NCBI GenBank assembly: GCA_005882295.1
Contig: VBAI01000006.1
Coordinates: 1-51,011, forward strand
DNA length: 51,011 nucleotides
Reading direction: 5' to 3'
DNA from: Candidatus Segetimicrobium genomatis
Lineage (GTDB): Bacteria; Sysuimicrobiota; Sysuimicrobiia; Sysuimicrobiales; Kaftiobacteriaceae
Part shown: piece after piece, positions 8,815 through 17,958 of the stretch
How the letters are laid out: each line of letters starts with the position of its first letter
How positions within the stretch are numbered: the stretch's first letter is position 1
The notes under the pieces: generated by a model
The model's database searches: none
Seen by the model: the letters and a program-made list of their open reading frames with translations, nothing else
Told to the model about the DNA's origin: nothing
Made by a program: the position numbers and the translations under genes

Positions 8815-10345
8815 GAGCGCCGACGTCTACCCCGATATCGCGCCCGTCGGTCCCCATGTTGGCGTACGGGCTCGTCGAGGCCAGCCGGTAGTCGCCGGCA
8901 GCGGCGTTGACAAAGCCCACGTCATCCAGCGACGCGGGAAAGAAGTTGTCCGGGGGATATTGGGCCGCATTCCCGCCCACCAGCACATTGCGGGCGAACA
9001 CGGCGAACGGGAAATAGGTGTCGAGGGTGAGCATCGGGTTGCCATACGTGTTATCGCCGCCCACCCCGTAGAGGTTGTGCGGAGCGATATTGTTGGTGAA
9101 GACGAACCCGATGTGCGCCCGGCCGGCCGCCGCGATCACGCTGTCGGTCTGGAACGCCGTGTTGTGGTCGATGACCACGTCCGCCGCCCCGTCGATGAGC
9201 TGGAACAGCCGCCCGAGCCCTCCCCATCGTGGACCACCGACATCGTCGAACAGGTTGTTCTGAATCAGAATGCGCTTCGTCTGCTCGCTCGGATAGTTAT
9301 TGTCCCAGCCCAGGAGATGGATCCCATTGGCGGTGTGTCGAACGACGTTGTTGACGAAGGCCACGTCTTCGACGACAGACCATGGTGCCCCGCCGTCTTG
9401 ATTGCGCACCGTGAACAGGATGGCGAACCCCGGCTGCTGATCAAACCAGCTGTACTCAAAGCTGTTGCCTTCCACACGCACGCGCCGCGCGTTCTTTAGC
9501 TCAAAGAGGTTCTTGACGACCCATGGGATCCCGGCGTAGTCCGGCTCGTCTGCCTTCCAGGACAGCGGCTTCGCAAACCGATTGCCCCGCACCTCAATGT
9601 CAGCGGGGACCAGTCCCGGGATCGTGGGATCGGCCCCACCGAACATCACGTTCTCCCCCGCCGCTTCCAGGTAGTTGCCGATGATCGTAAACGGCCCCGG
9701 CCCATTCCAGCCCGCGATGGCCTGGGAGTCTGCGTCGCGGTCGTGAAAGTCCGACAGATACGAACCGATCACGGCGAGGCGGGCGCCGTTGAGCACGATC
9801 CCTCGGCGGATGTTCCCGCTGGCGGAGCCGTGGATATAGCAGCGATAGAAGACGATGTCCGTGGGAACTTGATCGACTGACGTCTGCGCGGGTGACTCCA
9901 GGTGAATCAGGTTGAGGCCGTCGGCGCTCGAGGTCGTGACTTCGATCCCGACGAACATGTAGTGATGGGCTCCGGCCGCCGTGCGGATCGCCGGGAGCGC
10001 GTTGGGGCTGATGATTTTCGGCATGAGTGTCGCCTGCGCGGGCTGCAGGAGGACGCCCGGCGGCGGCAGGCGCCAGAATGCGGATGAGTACACTACGACC
10101 CAACCCGTTCCGGGCCTGCTGGCCAGGGTGAAGTTGCCAACGAACGTGGCCCCGGCCGGCAGTTCAATGAAATCCCCTGGCTGGGCTGCGTCAAGAGCGG
10201 CCTGTAAATCGCCGCCTGACGGAACCCTGACCACCCGGGGCAAGGATGGTGCCGTCGCACCGAGCGCGGCCGCGGGCGCGCGTAGTGGAACACCACACGC
10301 CATCACCGCGAGCAGGGAAAGCAGCAGAAGACGCGTCATACGCAT
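8780..10345 (-). CDS. Secreted right-handed parallel beta-helix protein, paralogue 2
   Basis: ATG at 10345 has GGGAGA 6 nt upstream. An alternative ATG at 10339 forms an ATGA overlap with the asnB stop. Signal peptide MRMTRLLLLSLLAVMACGVPLRAPAAALG. Paralogous to the 1388-2968 product, including the DFHDR motif. Confidence 0.65.
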   Translation of the reverse strand: MRMTRLLLLSLLAVMACGVPLRAPAAALGATAPSLPRVVRVPSGGDLQAALDAAQPGDFIELPAGATFVGNFTLASRPGTGWVVVYSSAFWRLPPPGVLLQPAQATLMPKIISPNALPAIRTAAGAHHYMFVGIEVTTSSADGLNLIHLESPAQTSVDQVPTDIVFYRCYIHGSASGNIRRGIVLNGARLAVIGSYLSDFHDRDADSQAIAGWNGPGPFTIIGNYLEAAGENVMFGGADPTIPGLVPADIEVRGNRFAKPLSWKADEPDYAGIPWVVKNLFELKNARRVRVEGNSFEYSWFDQQPGFAILFTVRNQDGGAPWSVVEDVAFVNNVVRHTANGIHLLGWDNNYPSEQTKRILIQNNLFDDVGGPRWGGLGRLFQLIDGAADVVIDHNTAFQTDSVIAAAGRAHIGFVFTNNIAPHNLYGVGGDNTYGNPMLTLDTYFPFAVFARNVLVGGNAAQYPPDNFFPASLDDVGFVNAAAGDYRLASTSPYANMGTDGRDIGVDVGALVGALLQWWGP

Positions 10346-12255
10346 GATCGTTCTCCCATGATGGTGGGGACGGGTTCTTCCCCGTCGAGAAAGATTCGTT
10401 GCCAGATTTCGAGGTTCACCAGCAGCCAGAGGCGGTCCCCATGCTCGGCTCGTCCTGCGCGATGCTCCTCGGCCAGGTGTCTGAGGCCCGCGGGCTGGAA
10501 GAACCCCCGCCCCAGCGCCCGCGGGCTGAGCACGAACTCGTCCACGATCGGCCAGAACGGTCCGCGCAGCCATCCCCCGACCGGCACTGGAAACCCCATC
10601 TTCCGACGCGTGAGAATCGCGCGCGGCACGAGGTCGCGCAGGGCCTCGCGCAGCACGACCTTGGTCTGCCATCCGCGGAGCTTGACGCGGGCCGGCAGGG
10701 CCGCCGCGTATTCCACGAGCTCGTGGTCCAGGTACGGCACACGGCTTTCGACTGACGCCGCCATGCTCATCTGGTCCTGCTTCATCAGGAGCTCAACGAG
10801 GTACGTCTGGAGGTCGGTGTGGCTCATCCGTTCCAGGGTTCCACCAGGAGCCTCTGCAAAGCAGCCGAGTTCGTCGGCGTACGGATCCCGCCCATCCAGC
10901 AGCCCGTCGGCCAGCAGCTGCTGCTGCATGGTGACAGGGAAGACGGCGAAATTTTCATAGACCAGCTCTCGGGGCGTCGGCTCGAGCGCGAGAAACGACC
11001 GCCGCGCGTAGCGACGCACCGGCGCGGGAAGCGAGGGAATCGCGACACGAATGCCGGTGCGCACCGCCCGGGGCGCCAGAGCCCGGTAGACCCGGCCCAG
11101 CCGTTCATTCCACGGCGTCACCTTGTACCACGGGTATCCCAGGAAGAGCTCGTCAGCCCCTTCCCCCGTCAGCACGACTTTCACGCGCTGCTCCGCCGCC
11201 AGGCGCGAGACAAAGTACAGGGGGACACTCGACGGAAACGCGATCGGTTCGTCCTCATGCCAGATCAATCTGGGGAGCGCGGCGAAGAACTGCGCCGGCG
11301 AGACCACGACCTCATGATGCCGGGCGCCCACGGAGCGGGCCAGGAGGCGCGCGTACGCCAGCTCGTTGGCGCCGGCGTCGTCGAACCCGACGGCGAACGT
11401 CTCGATCGGCTCCGGCACCATGCGCGCCATCAGCGCGGCGATCCCGCTCGAATCAAGTCCGCCGGACAGGAATACTCCCAGGGGCACATCGCTCATCAGA
11501 TGGCTGCGCACCGCCGCCTCAAGCCGCTGGCGCAGCTCCCGGGCCCGGTCATCGAGGCGGAGCGGCGTGTGGTCGATCGCCATGGGCAGCCGCCAGTACC
11601 GCCGCAGCTGAGGCGCGTCCCCGGGGGACCAGGAGAGCGTGCGGCCAGGCATGAGTTTCCGGATCCCGCGGAACAGCGTCTCCTCGCCGGCGATGAACCG
11701 CGTGGCCAGCAGCTCCGGGAGAACCGACTCGTTGAGGGCCACCCGCACCCCCGCCGCCAGGATCGCTTTGATCTCCGAGCCGAAGAGCAGTTCCTGATCC
11801 GTGACCGCGTAGTAGAGGGGTTTGATCCCGAGCCGATCCCGCGCCAACAGCAGCCGCCGCCGCCCCCGGTCCCAGATCGCGAAGGCGAACATCCCCCGCA
11901 GCTGCTCCACGCAGCGCTCGCCCTCCTCTTCGTAGAGGTGAAGAATGGTCTCTGTGTCGGATCGCGTCTGGTAGCGGTGCCCCCGCGCTTCCAGCTGGGG
12001 CCGGAGGACCGGGTGGTTGTACAGTTCACCGTTGTAGGTAATCCAGACGGAGCCGTCCTCGTTGGCCATGGGCTGATGGCCGCCAGCGACATCGATAATG
12101 GAGAGGCGCCGCGCGGCCAGCCCGACCGGCCCTGCGATCCACACCCCCTGATCATCCGGCCCGCGATGGCGCAGCGCGTCCCGCATACGCACGAGACGCG
12201 CTTCGGGCACGATCTCAGTTGGATCGAACCTCACGATGCCGGCGATGCCGCACAT
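10336..12255 (-). CDS. asnB: Asparagine synthase (glutamine-hydrolysing) family amidotransferase
   Basis: N-terminal nucleophile MCGIAGIV (class II glutamine amidotransferase). SGGLDSS PP-loop motif in the synthetase domain. Length 639 aa. Confidence 0.85.
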   Translation of the reverse strand: MCGIAGIVRFDPTEIVPEARLVRMRDALRHRGPDDQGVWIAGPVGLAARRLSIIDVAGGHQPMANEDGSVWITYNGELYNHPVLRPQLEARGHRYQTRSDTETILHLYEEEGERCVEQLRGMFAFAIWDRGRRRLLLARDRLGIKPLYYAVTDQELLFGSEIKAILAAGVRVALNESVLPELLATRFIAGEETLFRGIRKLMPGRTLSWSPGDAPQLRRYWRLPMAIDHTPLRLDDRARELRQRLEAAVRSHLMSDVPLGVFLSGGLDSSGIAALMARMVPEPIETFAVGFDDAGANELAYARLLARSVGARHHEVVVSPAQFFAALPRLIWHEDEPIAFPSSVPLYFVSRLAAEQRVKVVLTGEGADELFLGYPWYKVTPWNERLGRVYRALAPRAVRTGIRVAIPSLPAPVRRYARRSFLALEPTPRELVYENFAVFPVTMQQQLLADGLLDGRDPYADELGCFAEAPGGTLERMSHTDLQTYLVELLMKQDQMSMAASVESRVPYLDHELVEYAAALPARVKLRGWQTKVVLREALRDLVPRAILTRRKMGFPVPVGGWLRGPFWPIVDEFVLSPRALGRGFFQPAGLRHLAEEHRAGRAEHGDRLWLLVNLEIWQRIFLDGEEPVPTIMGERSCV

Positions 12256-12300
12256 GCGAATGTTTTACCCGGATGCGGGGGGGTGGTGGTGCTCACGTGC

Positions 12301-13092
12301 CTAGCGTGGGATCAGTTCACACTGCACGATCGAGGTCAGGAATTCCCGGGTCAGCGAATTGAACAGGTACCGGAATCGCCTGATGGGGACTGCCTCAAAT
12401 CTCGCGATCTTGAAGTCACTCTCTGCCAGCAATCTCATGAACCCACCGACGGTCATCTGGTTCAGTCCGCCCTCGATCTCAGAAAACCGCGTGGCGCCGT
12501 CGGATTTGTAGTCGGACCACCAGCGCATCAACGCGCGCTCTGTGAAGATGAGATGCGCCCACGGGAAGATGGAGAAGAGGTGGCCTCCCAACGGATGACA
12601 CCAGGGTGGCCCGAACGACACGAGGACTCGACCATCGTCTTTGACCAGTCGCCGCATCACCTGCAACACTTCGGCGGGCCGGTCATAGTGCTCGAAGCTG
12701 TCGATGGAGACGATCAGATCGGCCTTCTCGTCCGCGTGCCTGGCAAAGACGCACCGGTCACCCACCCCGGCCTCTTCCGCAGCGGCCTGGGCAGTCCGCA
12801 GGACGTGATCACGGATGTCGATCCCGATGACCTTCCTGGCGCCGTGCCGCGCCATCTCGATCGCCTCGGCGCCGAACCCGCATCCGAAGTCGATCACCAC
12901 CCTGCCCCGCACCCGCTCCCAGATCTGGGGGCCGAACAGCACCTCCACCTTGCTGCGGCTCTGATACGCCACACCCGCGCAGGGATCGCGCGGACCGACG
13001 CGTGCCGTCATCCGCCGCAGCAGAAAATATCCGACTGATCCGCCAATCAGACCGGGGCGCGTCGGCGTCCCATTCAGCGCAGGCGGCATCAT
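12301..13092 (-). CDS. Class I SAM-dependent methyltransferase
   Basis: Motif I VIDFGCGFGAEAIEMARHGARKVIGIDI. ATG at 13092 forms an ATGA overlap with the GT2 stop (13089-13091). Confidence 0.7.
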   Translation of the reverse strand: MMPPALNGTPTRPGLIGGSVGYFLLRRMTARVGPRDPCAGVAYQSRSKVEVLFGPQIWERVRGRVVIDFGCGFGAEAIEMARHGARKVIGIDIRDHVLRTAQAAAEEAGVGDRCVFARHADEKADLIVSIDSFEHYDRPAEVLQVMRRLVKDDGRVLVSFGPPWCHPLGGHLFSIFPWAHLIFTERALMRWWSDYKSDGATRFSEIEGGLNQMTVGGFMRLLAESDFKIARFEAVPIRRFRYLFNSLTREFLTSIVQCELIPR

Positions 13093-14213
13093 GTCCGATC
13101 GGTCTCGACCCGCGCCCATGTCACCGACAAACGGCCGAGATAATAGTATGGCACCGCCCACAGCGCCGCGAGGTGGAGCGCGACAAAGGACAGGATCAGC
13201 GACGACAGGCGTGAGCGCGCGCCTAGCCACCCCCCAAGCGCGATCAGGCCCACGCCGACCATCGCCGCGAGGGCGATGCGGTACCCTGGGCCCTCGGCCA
13301 GCGCCGAACTGACAAGCATCAGGAGGAAGCCGTACGGACAGGCGAGGCGGAAGACCTTATGCACGATGAAGCGCCCCCAGAGAGGATTTCGTGCTGGATT
13401 CAGACAGCCCCGAAGCGTATGACAGATCTGCACGAGGCCGGCCATCGTCCGCACCGTGCGGATGAACTCGCTGCGGACCGAGCGCGTCGCCACATCAAGA
13501 CTCCCGGCCTTCTCGGCCATCACGATGCGGCGGCCGCTCTGGGCGATTGTCTGGGGAACGTACACGTCGTCCATGATGGTGTCTGGTGGGATCTCGGGCA
13601 GATCCGCGGTCCGGACCGCGTAGAGCGACCCGGTGGTCTGCACCATCGAGCCGGAGCGCGATTCGGACTTCCAGATGAATCCCTCGTACGTCCAATAGAC
13701 GTCGCCCGTGACCCGGAGGTCCCCGGAGACAACGCCCACGTGCGGATCGGCGAGATGAGCGACCAGCTCTCGAATCGCCCCTGCGGTGAGCTCCTGGCGA
13801 GCATCCACGAGGATTGTGATCGGGGTGTCGATGTGCCGACGGGCGAGATTGATGGCGGTGGGTTTTCCGCTCCGTCGCGACGTGCGCAACAGGCGAATCC
13901 GCGGATCGCCTGCGGCCCGTTCCCGCACGATGCGGTCCGTGTCATCGGTCGACGCATCACTCACCACGATGATCGAGAGCTTCTCTTGAGGGTAGTCCTG
14001 GTGGACGAGGATGTCGAGCTTACGTCCGATCAGAGCGGCTTCATTCGCCGCGGCCATCACGCAGGTCACAGATGGCAGCAGAGGGTCTGGGAGGTACCGC
14101 GCCTTGGTGGGGACGGATCGCAGGCGCGCCAGGCATGCCACCCAGAGTGGATAGCCGAGGTAGGAGACGACCACGAACCCCAGACCTGTCCAGAAGAGCG
14201 TGCGCCAGATCAT
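13089..14213 (-). CDS. Glycosyltransferase family 2 (membrane-associated)
   Basis: LSIIVVSDASTDDTDRIV and VDARQ motifs. N- and C-terminal hydrophobic segments. ATG at 14213 overlaps the upstream stop (ATGA). Confidence 0.75.
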   Translation of the reverse strand: MIWRTLFWTGLGFVVVSYLGYPLWVACLARLRSVPTKARYLPDPLLPSVTCVMAAANEAALIGRKLDILVHQDYPQEKLSIIVVSDASTDDTDRIVRERAAGDPRIRLLRTSRRSGKPTAINLARRHIDTPITILVDARQELTAGAIRELVAHLADPHVGVVSGDLRVTGDVYWTYEGFIWKSESRSGSMVQTTGSLYAVRTADLPEIPPDTIMDDVYVPQTIAQSGRRIVMAEKAGSLDVATRSVRSEFIRTVRTMAGLVQICHTLRGCLNPARNPLWGRFIVHKVFRLACPYGFLLMLVSSALAEGPGYRIALAAMVGVGLIALGGWLGARSRLSSLILSFVALHLAALWAVPYYYLGRLSVTWARVETDRT

Positions 14214-16378
14214 CGGCTGGGCACCACGCTCCTCAGGGCATCCTCTCGTTGGAGAGAGACGTCGTTGTCCCGTACGATCAGGACCTCGCCGGAGTCTTCG
14301 AACACCACACCACCCGGTGCGGCGCCATCGGTGACACGCAGCGACACCCGCGGCGGGGACGCCAGAGGACTGGCCACGGGGTGGAGGAGGGTGATCACAC
14401 GCAGCGGCAGGCGCGCCACGGTGGAGTATGTCAGCATCGGCGCTGGCTGGCGCTGGCCGTAGGTCGGCGATACCCACCCCTGGAGCGGGGCCAGCCGGCC
14501 TGCGCACACCTCCGCCGTAAGGGTGGCGGTCGAGAACGCACGCATCAGGAGACCGCAGCCTCGCCGGCCCACCGCGCGGGCCCAGCGCGTGGCATCCACC
14601 GTCACCGGCATCGGCGCGAACTGGAAACGGAGCTCCACCCGGTGCTCTTCCCTCCCTGCCAGGTCATCAACGACAATCCAGTACCGGGGCTTGACGAATA
14701 TGATGCGGCGCCGGTGCGTCACCGGATCGGGGAGGCGGTGATACGCATCGTGCTCAGCGTCGGCGAGATCGAGGTTCTTCGTAGACACCCACTGGCGCAG
14801 GTGTGCCCGGGGTCGCGCTATCCACTTGAACGGACCGGCGGGTGTGGCATGCGGCTGGTCATCCACCCACACCGTGGAGTGGGCCGCTGTGCCCCGGAAG
14901 AAATCACGCCATGCCGGGTGCAGCGTGTAGCCGTCTGTGCCGGGATCGACGAGGAAGGGCTCCCCGAAGGCCGTGCACTGTAGGCTCAGGAGGTCCGCGT
15001 GCCCGTGCGCTCCACTGATCGCGCTGCCGAGCGGTCCACCGTCGAAGACCAGCTGGTGCGCATCTCGCTCCCATCCCGTCTGCATGATGGCGTAGCCGCC
15101 GTCAGGGAACAGGCGCGACGGCGTGGCCCGCGGCGGCTGGGGGGTGAGTGCGGCGAATGCTGTCTGGCCGGCCGCCCCCAAGATCCACGAGACGTCCGGA
15201 GCCGGGCCGTCGGCGGCCCACGCGTAGTCGGAGCGGGCAAAGAACGCCGCCGCGACCGCCATGACACCTCGCAGGTCATCGGCCGCGCGTGGCGTGAGCG
15301 GGAGGAGCCAGCCGCCGTCGGCGTCGCCGATCAACGGCATCGAGCCGTCCGGGCGCCGCACGGCCACCAGGAAGTCGAGCAAGCGCTGCAGCCGGTCCAC
15401 CACTGATTCTGGAACCCCGATGCCATTTCGGCGGGCAAGGATCAGAAAGTGCAGATAGATCTCGGCCGTGTAGCGCTGATAGTACGTGGACTGCTCAAAA
15501 TACACGCCGTCGGGCAAGATCTGGCGCTCGCACTGCGCAACGAGAATCCGCCGTCCCAGCGCCTCCCACTGCCGGGCGCGGGGGAGGTCTGGGAACAGCA
15601 CCCCCGCGTAGTAGAGCGCGAGGGCCTCACCCGTCAGATGCGTATTGGGTGAGAAATAGTAGGAGAGATATCGCTCCACGTGCCGGGCATGGTCCTCAAT
15701 CCCCGCAACCATCGCGGCGCGCAGCCCGCCGGAAAGCGCCGGGGAGCCCTCGAACAGGGCCAGCGCCCAGCACCAGGAGATCAGCCTGAACCCTACCTCC
15801 AGGCTGCTCGCCCAGTTGATGCCCATCCCAACGGGATTGGCACGCATCCACTCTTTCACATACCGGCCGAAGAAGTCCGCGTACCGCTCGTCGCCAGTGA
15901 ATCGGTACGCCTGGCCGAGATAGAGCAGCCACTGGTGGCGGTTGAGCTCCCAGACCACCTTGCTATCTCCGACCAACGCGGAGTCGAGCGGATCGAGGTG
16001 ACTCCAGTGAACAAATGGCGCGCGGCGACCCGACGTCGGGTCCAGGTGCCAGTCCACAGGATCGCCGAAGTCGAGTGCGCGGTAGCCCAGCAGATCGAAG
16101 CGACCCCGGCACAGGGCGTCTGCGACGGCGATAATTCGGCGGCCCTGCGGCAGGGACGCGAGCATTCGCGCCGTGGCGTGGGCGTGGGCCGCGCCCTCGA
16201 AAAACCGGCTCAGGACCATTCCTGCGCGCGGGTGGCGCACCCGCGCCGGTCCAGCCGCCGGGCGAACCGCAGAGACCGTTCGGTCGACCCATTTCCAGGC
16301 TTCCTGACGGCACCGCACCACCATCTCGGTGAACGGCATCCGCAGGACGCGCTCCGCCCTCATACCGACGGCCCTCAT
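14210..16378 (-). CDS. Heparinase II/III-like (alginate-lyase-fold) protein with no recognisable signal peptide
   Basis: DPVDWHLDP...VWELNRHQWLLYLGQAY...INWASSLEVGFRLISW and GHGHADLLSLQ...FLVDPGT motifs. ATG at 16378 forms an ATGA overlap with the flippase stop. The 327 upstream codons of the ORF are rejected because they lie antisense-frame over the flippase gene. Confidence 0.7.
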   Translation of the reverse strand: MRAVGMRAERVLRMPFTEMVVRCRQEAWKWVDRTVSAVRPAAGPARVRHPRAGMVLSRFFEGAAHAHATARMLASLPQGRRIIAVADALCRGRFDLLGYRALDFGDPVDWHLDPTSGRRAPFVHWSHLDPLDSALVGDSKVVWELNRHQWLLYLGQAYRFTGDERYADFFGRYVKEWMRANPVGMGINWASSLEVGFRLISWCWALALFEGSPALSGGLRAAMVAGIEDHARHVERYLSYYFSPNTHLTGEALALYYAGVLFPDLPRARQWEALGRRILVAQCERQILPDGVYFEQSTYYQRYTAEIYLHFLILARRNGIGVPESVVDRLQRLLDFLVAVRRPDGSMPLIGDADGGWLLPLTPRAADDLRGVMAVAAAFFARSDYAWAADGPAPDVSWILGAAGQTAFAALTPQPPRATPSRLFPDGGYAIMQTGWERDAHQLVFDGGPLGSAISGAHGHADLLSLQCTAFGEPFLVDPGTDGYTLHPAWRDFFRGTAAHSTVWVDDQPHATPAGPFKWIARPRAHLRQWVSTKNLDLADAEHDAYHRLPDPVTHRRRIIFVKPRYWIVVDDLAGREEHRVELRFQFAPMPVTVDATRWARAVGRRGCGLLMRAFSTATLTAEVCAGRLAPLQGWVSPTYGQRQPAPMLTYSTVARLPLRVITLLHPVASPLASPPRVSLRVTDGAAPGGVVFEDSGEVLIVRDNDVSLQREDALRSVVPSR

Positions 16379-17958
16379 GCGCCACGCTCCGGCGCCGTCT
16401 CGGGCGCACGCTCGCGAGGCGCGACCCGGCGGCGCCGCGACAGCCATCGCCGGATCGCCTCCTGCTCCTGCGGGGTGAGGACGCTGAGTGCCAGCGCGGC
16501 TGCGGCATACAGGACGGCGAACGTGCCGGCACCGATCCCCAGCACGGCCAGCGCAGTCACCCCGGGCGTGTGGCCCACGAGGATCTGCCGGACGAGCGCG
16601 GTGGCCAGCCCGGCCACCGCCGCCGCGACGCCCAGCCTCGCCACGCCGCGAAAGGCGGCCAGGTCGCTCCACGACATGCCCAGGATGCGGGCCACCTTGC
16701 CGGCCAGCAGCACGCGTTCCACGAGCGTCACCCCAACCACCACGGCGGCGGGGGCGACCAGGTCGAATCGCCGGACGGCGATCCACAGACCTGCCAGCAG
16801 CACGGTCACCAATCCTGTCCGCACCCGGACAAGGAACGGGAGGTGTTCCGGGCATGCGCGGAAGACCGCATCGCAAGCCGGGAACACGATGGTCAGCGGG
16901 ACCAGTGTCAGGTAGACGGCGAAGATCGGCCAGCTGGCCCGGTATTGCTCCGTAAACAGAACGGTGATGAACTCCCGACCGGTCACCAGCAGCAGGGCGT
17001 AGAGGGGGAATGCGACTGCGGCCAGGGTGCGCACCGATTGTGCCGCCAGGCGGACGATCTCCCGTGTCTCGTTTCGCTTCCGCAGTTCGCTCGCCCGGCG
17101 AATTGCCACATACCCGACCGACTCCACCAGGACGCCCATGATCGGAACCTGAAAACAGCCCACCGCGTACACGGCGTACACGGCCGCATCGTACCGGTGC
17201 GACACAAAGTAGTGGTGCACCCACCCCTGCAGCCACCAGATGATCCCGGCGTACGCCAGCGGCAGCGCGTAGGCGAGTTGTGCCCGCACCAAGCGCCACT
17301 CGGGCGCCCAGCGCGCTGCAGAAAATCGCGAGCGCACGTACCAGGCCATGAGGGCGCACTGCAGGAACCCGTGCACCACCGCCGCATACGCCAGCGCCCG
17401 CACGGACCCGAAGAGGCTCGCGGCGGTAATGAACAACCCGCTGCGCAGAACCTGGCTCACACCGATGAAGAGCGCGGCCAGATGCGCTTCCCCGTTGGCG
17501 ATGGCCACGAATTCCACGAACGATGATCCGACCAGCAGGAGCATCACCAGCCCGATCTCCGGCGCGTAGGCCGCCAGATCAGGGGAACTCAGCAGCGCCG
17601 CCGGCAGTGCAGGAAAGACGCTGACCAGCACACCTCCGATAGCGCCCATGAACATGTGCACCAGGAGGATATTCCTGACCACCTGGGCCTTTCGCTCCGG
17701 CTCTCGGGGGAAGAAGAAAAACGCGCTCAAGGCGAATCCCAGCGGGAGGATCACCACCGCGGTATCCACCAGGAGGAATAACTGCTTGTACACGCCGAAC
17801 TCGCGCACCGGCAGCCGGCGGACGAGCAGCAACGGCACGGCAAGGCCGAGGGCGAAGACGGTCGTCTTGGCGGCGATCAGCCACAGCGTGCTCTGCGCCG
17901 GTGAGATGTGTCCGCGGAGCGGCGGCCGCGACGCCATGTCGTCAGACAGAAAGGTCAT
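16375..17958 (-). CDS. MOP-superfamily polysaccharide flippase (Wzx-like)
   Basis: About 12 predicted hydrophobic helices. Typical Wzx-type N-terminus (LWLIAAKTTVFALGLAVPLLLVRRL). ATG at 17958 forms an ATGA overlap with the upstream stop. Confidence 0.7.
   Translation of the reverse strand: MTFLSDDMASRPPLRGHISPAQSTLWLIAAKTTVFALGLAVPLLLVRRLPVREFGVYKQLFLLVDTAVVILPLGFALSAFFFFPREPERKAQVVRNILLVHMFMGAIGGVLVSVFPALPAALLSSPDLAAYAPEIGLVMLLLVGSSFVEFVAIANGEAHLAALFIGVSQVLRSGLFITAASLFGSVRALAYAAVVHGFLQCALMAWYVRSRFSAARWAPEWRLVRAQLAYALPLAYAGIIWWLQGWVHHYFVSHRYDAAVYAVYAVGCFQVPIMGVLVESVGYVAIRRASELRKRNETREIVRLAAQSVRTLAAVAFPLYALLLVTGREFITVLFTEQYRASWPIFAVYLTLVPLTIVFPACDAVFRACPEHLPFLVRVRTGLVTVLLAGLWIAVRRFDLVAPAAVVVGVTLVERVLLAGKVARILGMSWSDLAAFRGVARLGVAAAVAGLATALVRQILVGHTPGVTALAVLGIGAGTFAVLYAAAALALSVLTPQEQEAIRRWLSRRRRVAPRERAPETAPERGA

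Noticed and set aside
10819-13038. Very long plus-strand ORFs antisense to the operon: 739 aa here, and also 5913-7010, 15680-16915, 20089-21252, 25087-26355, 33423-34865 and 45870-47192.
   Set aside because: Each lies opposite a minus-strand gene with clear family motifs. Their products are Arg/Pro/Gly/His-rich and motif-free. Long stop-free antisense frames are expected at this GC content.
16379-17359. Long N-terminal extensions of many minus-strand ORFs. Examples: 327 extra codons on the heparinase-like ORF, 220 on the LLM, 159 on the deacetylase, 109 on the adenylation enzyme, and 78 on the SBBP protein.
   Set aside because: The extensions overlap the preceding well-supported gene in another frame and are Arg/Pro/Gly-rich. 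The homology or signal peptide begins at an internal start that coincides with an ATGA/GTGA overlap or an SD sequence.
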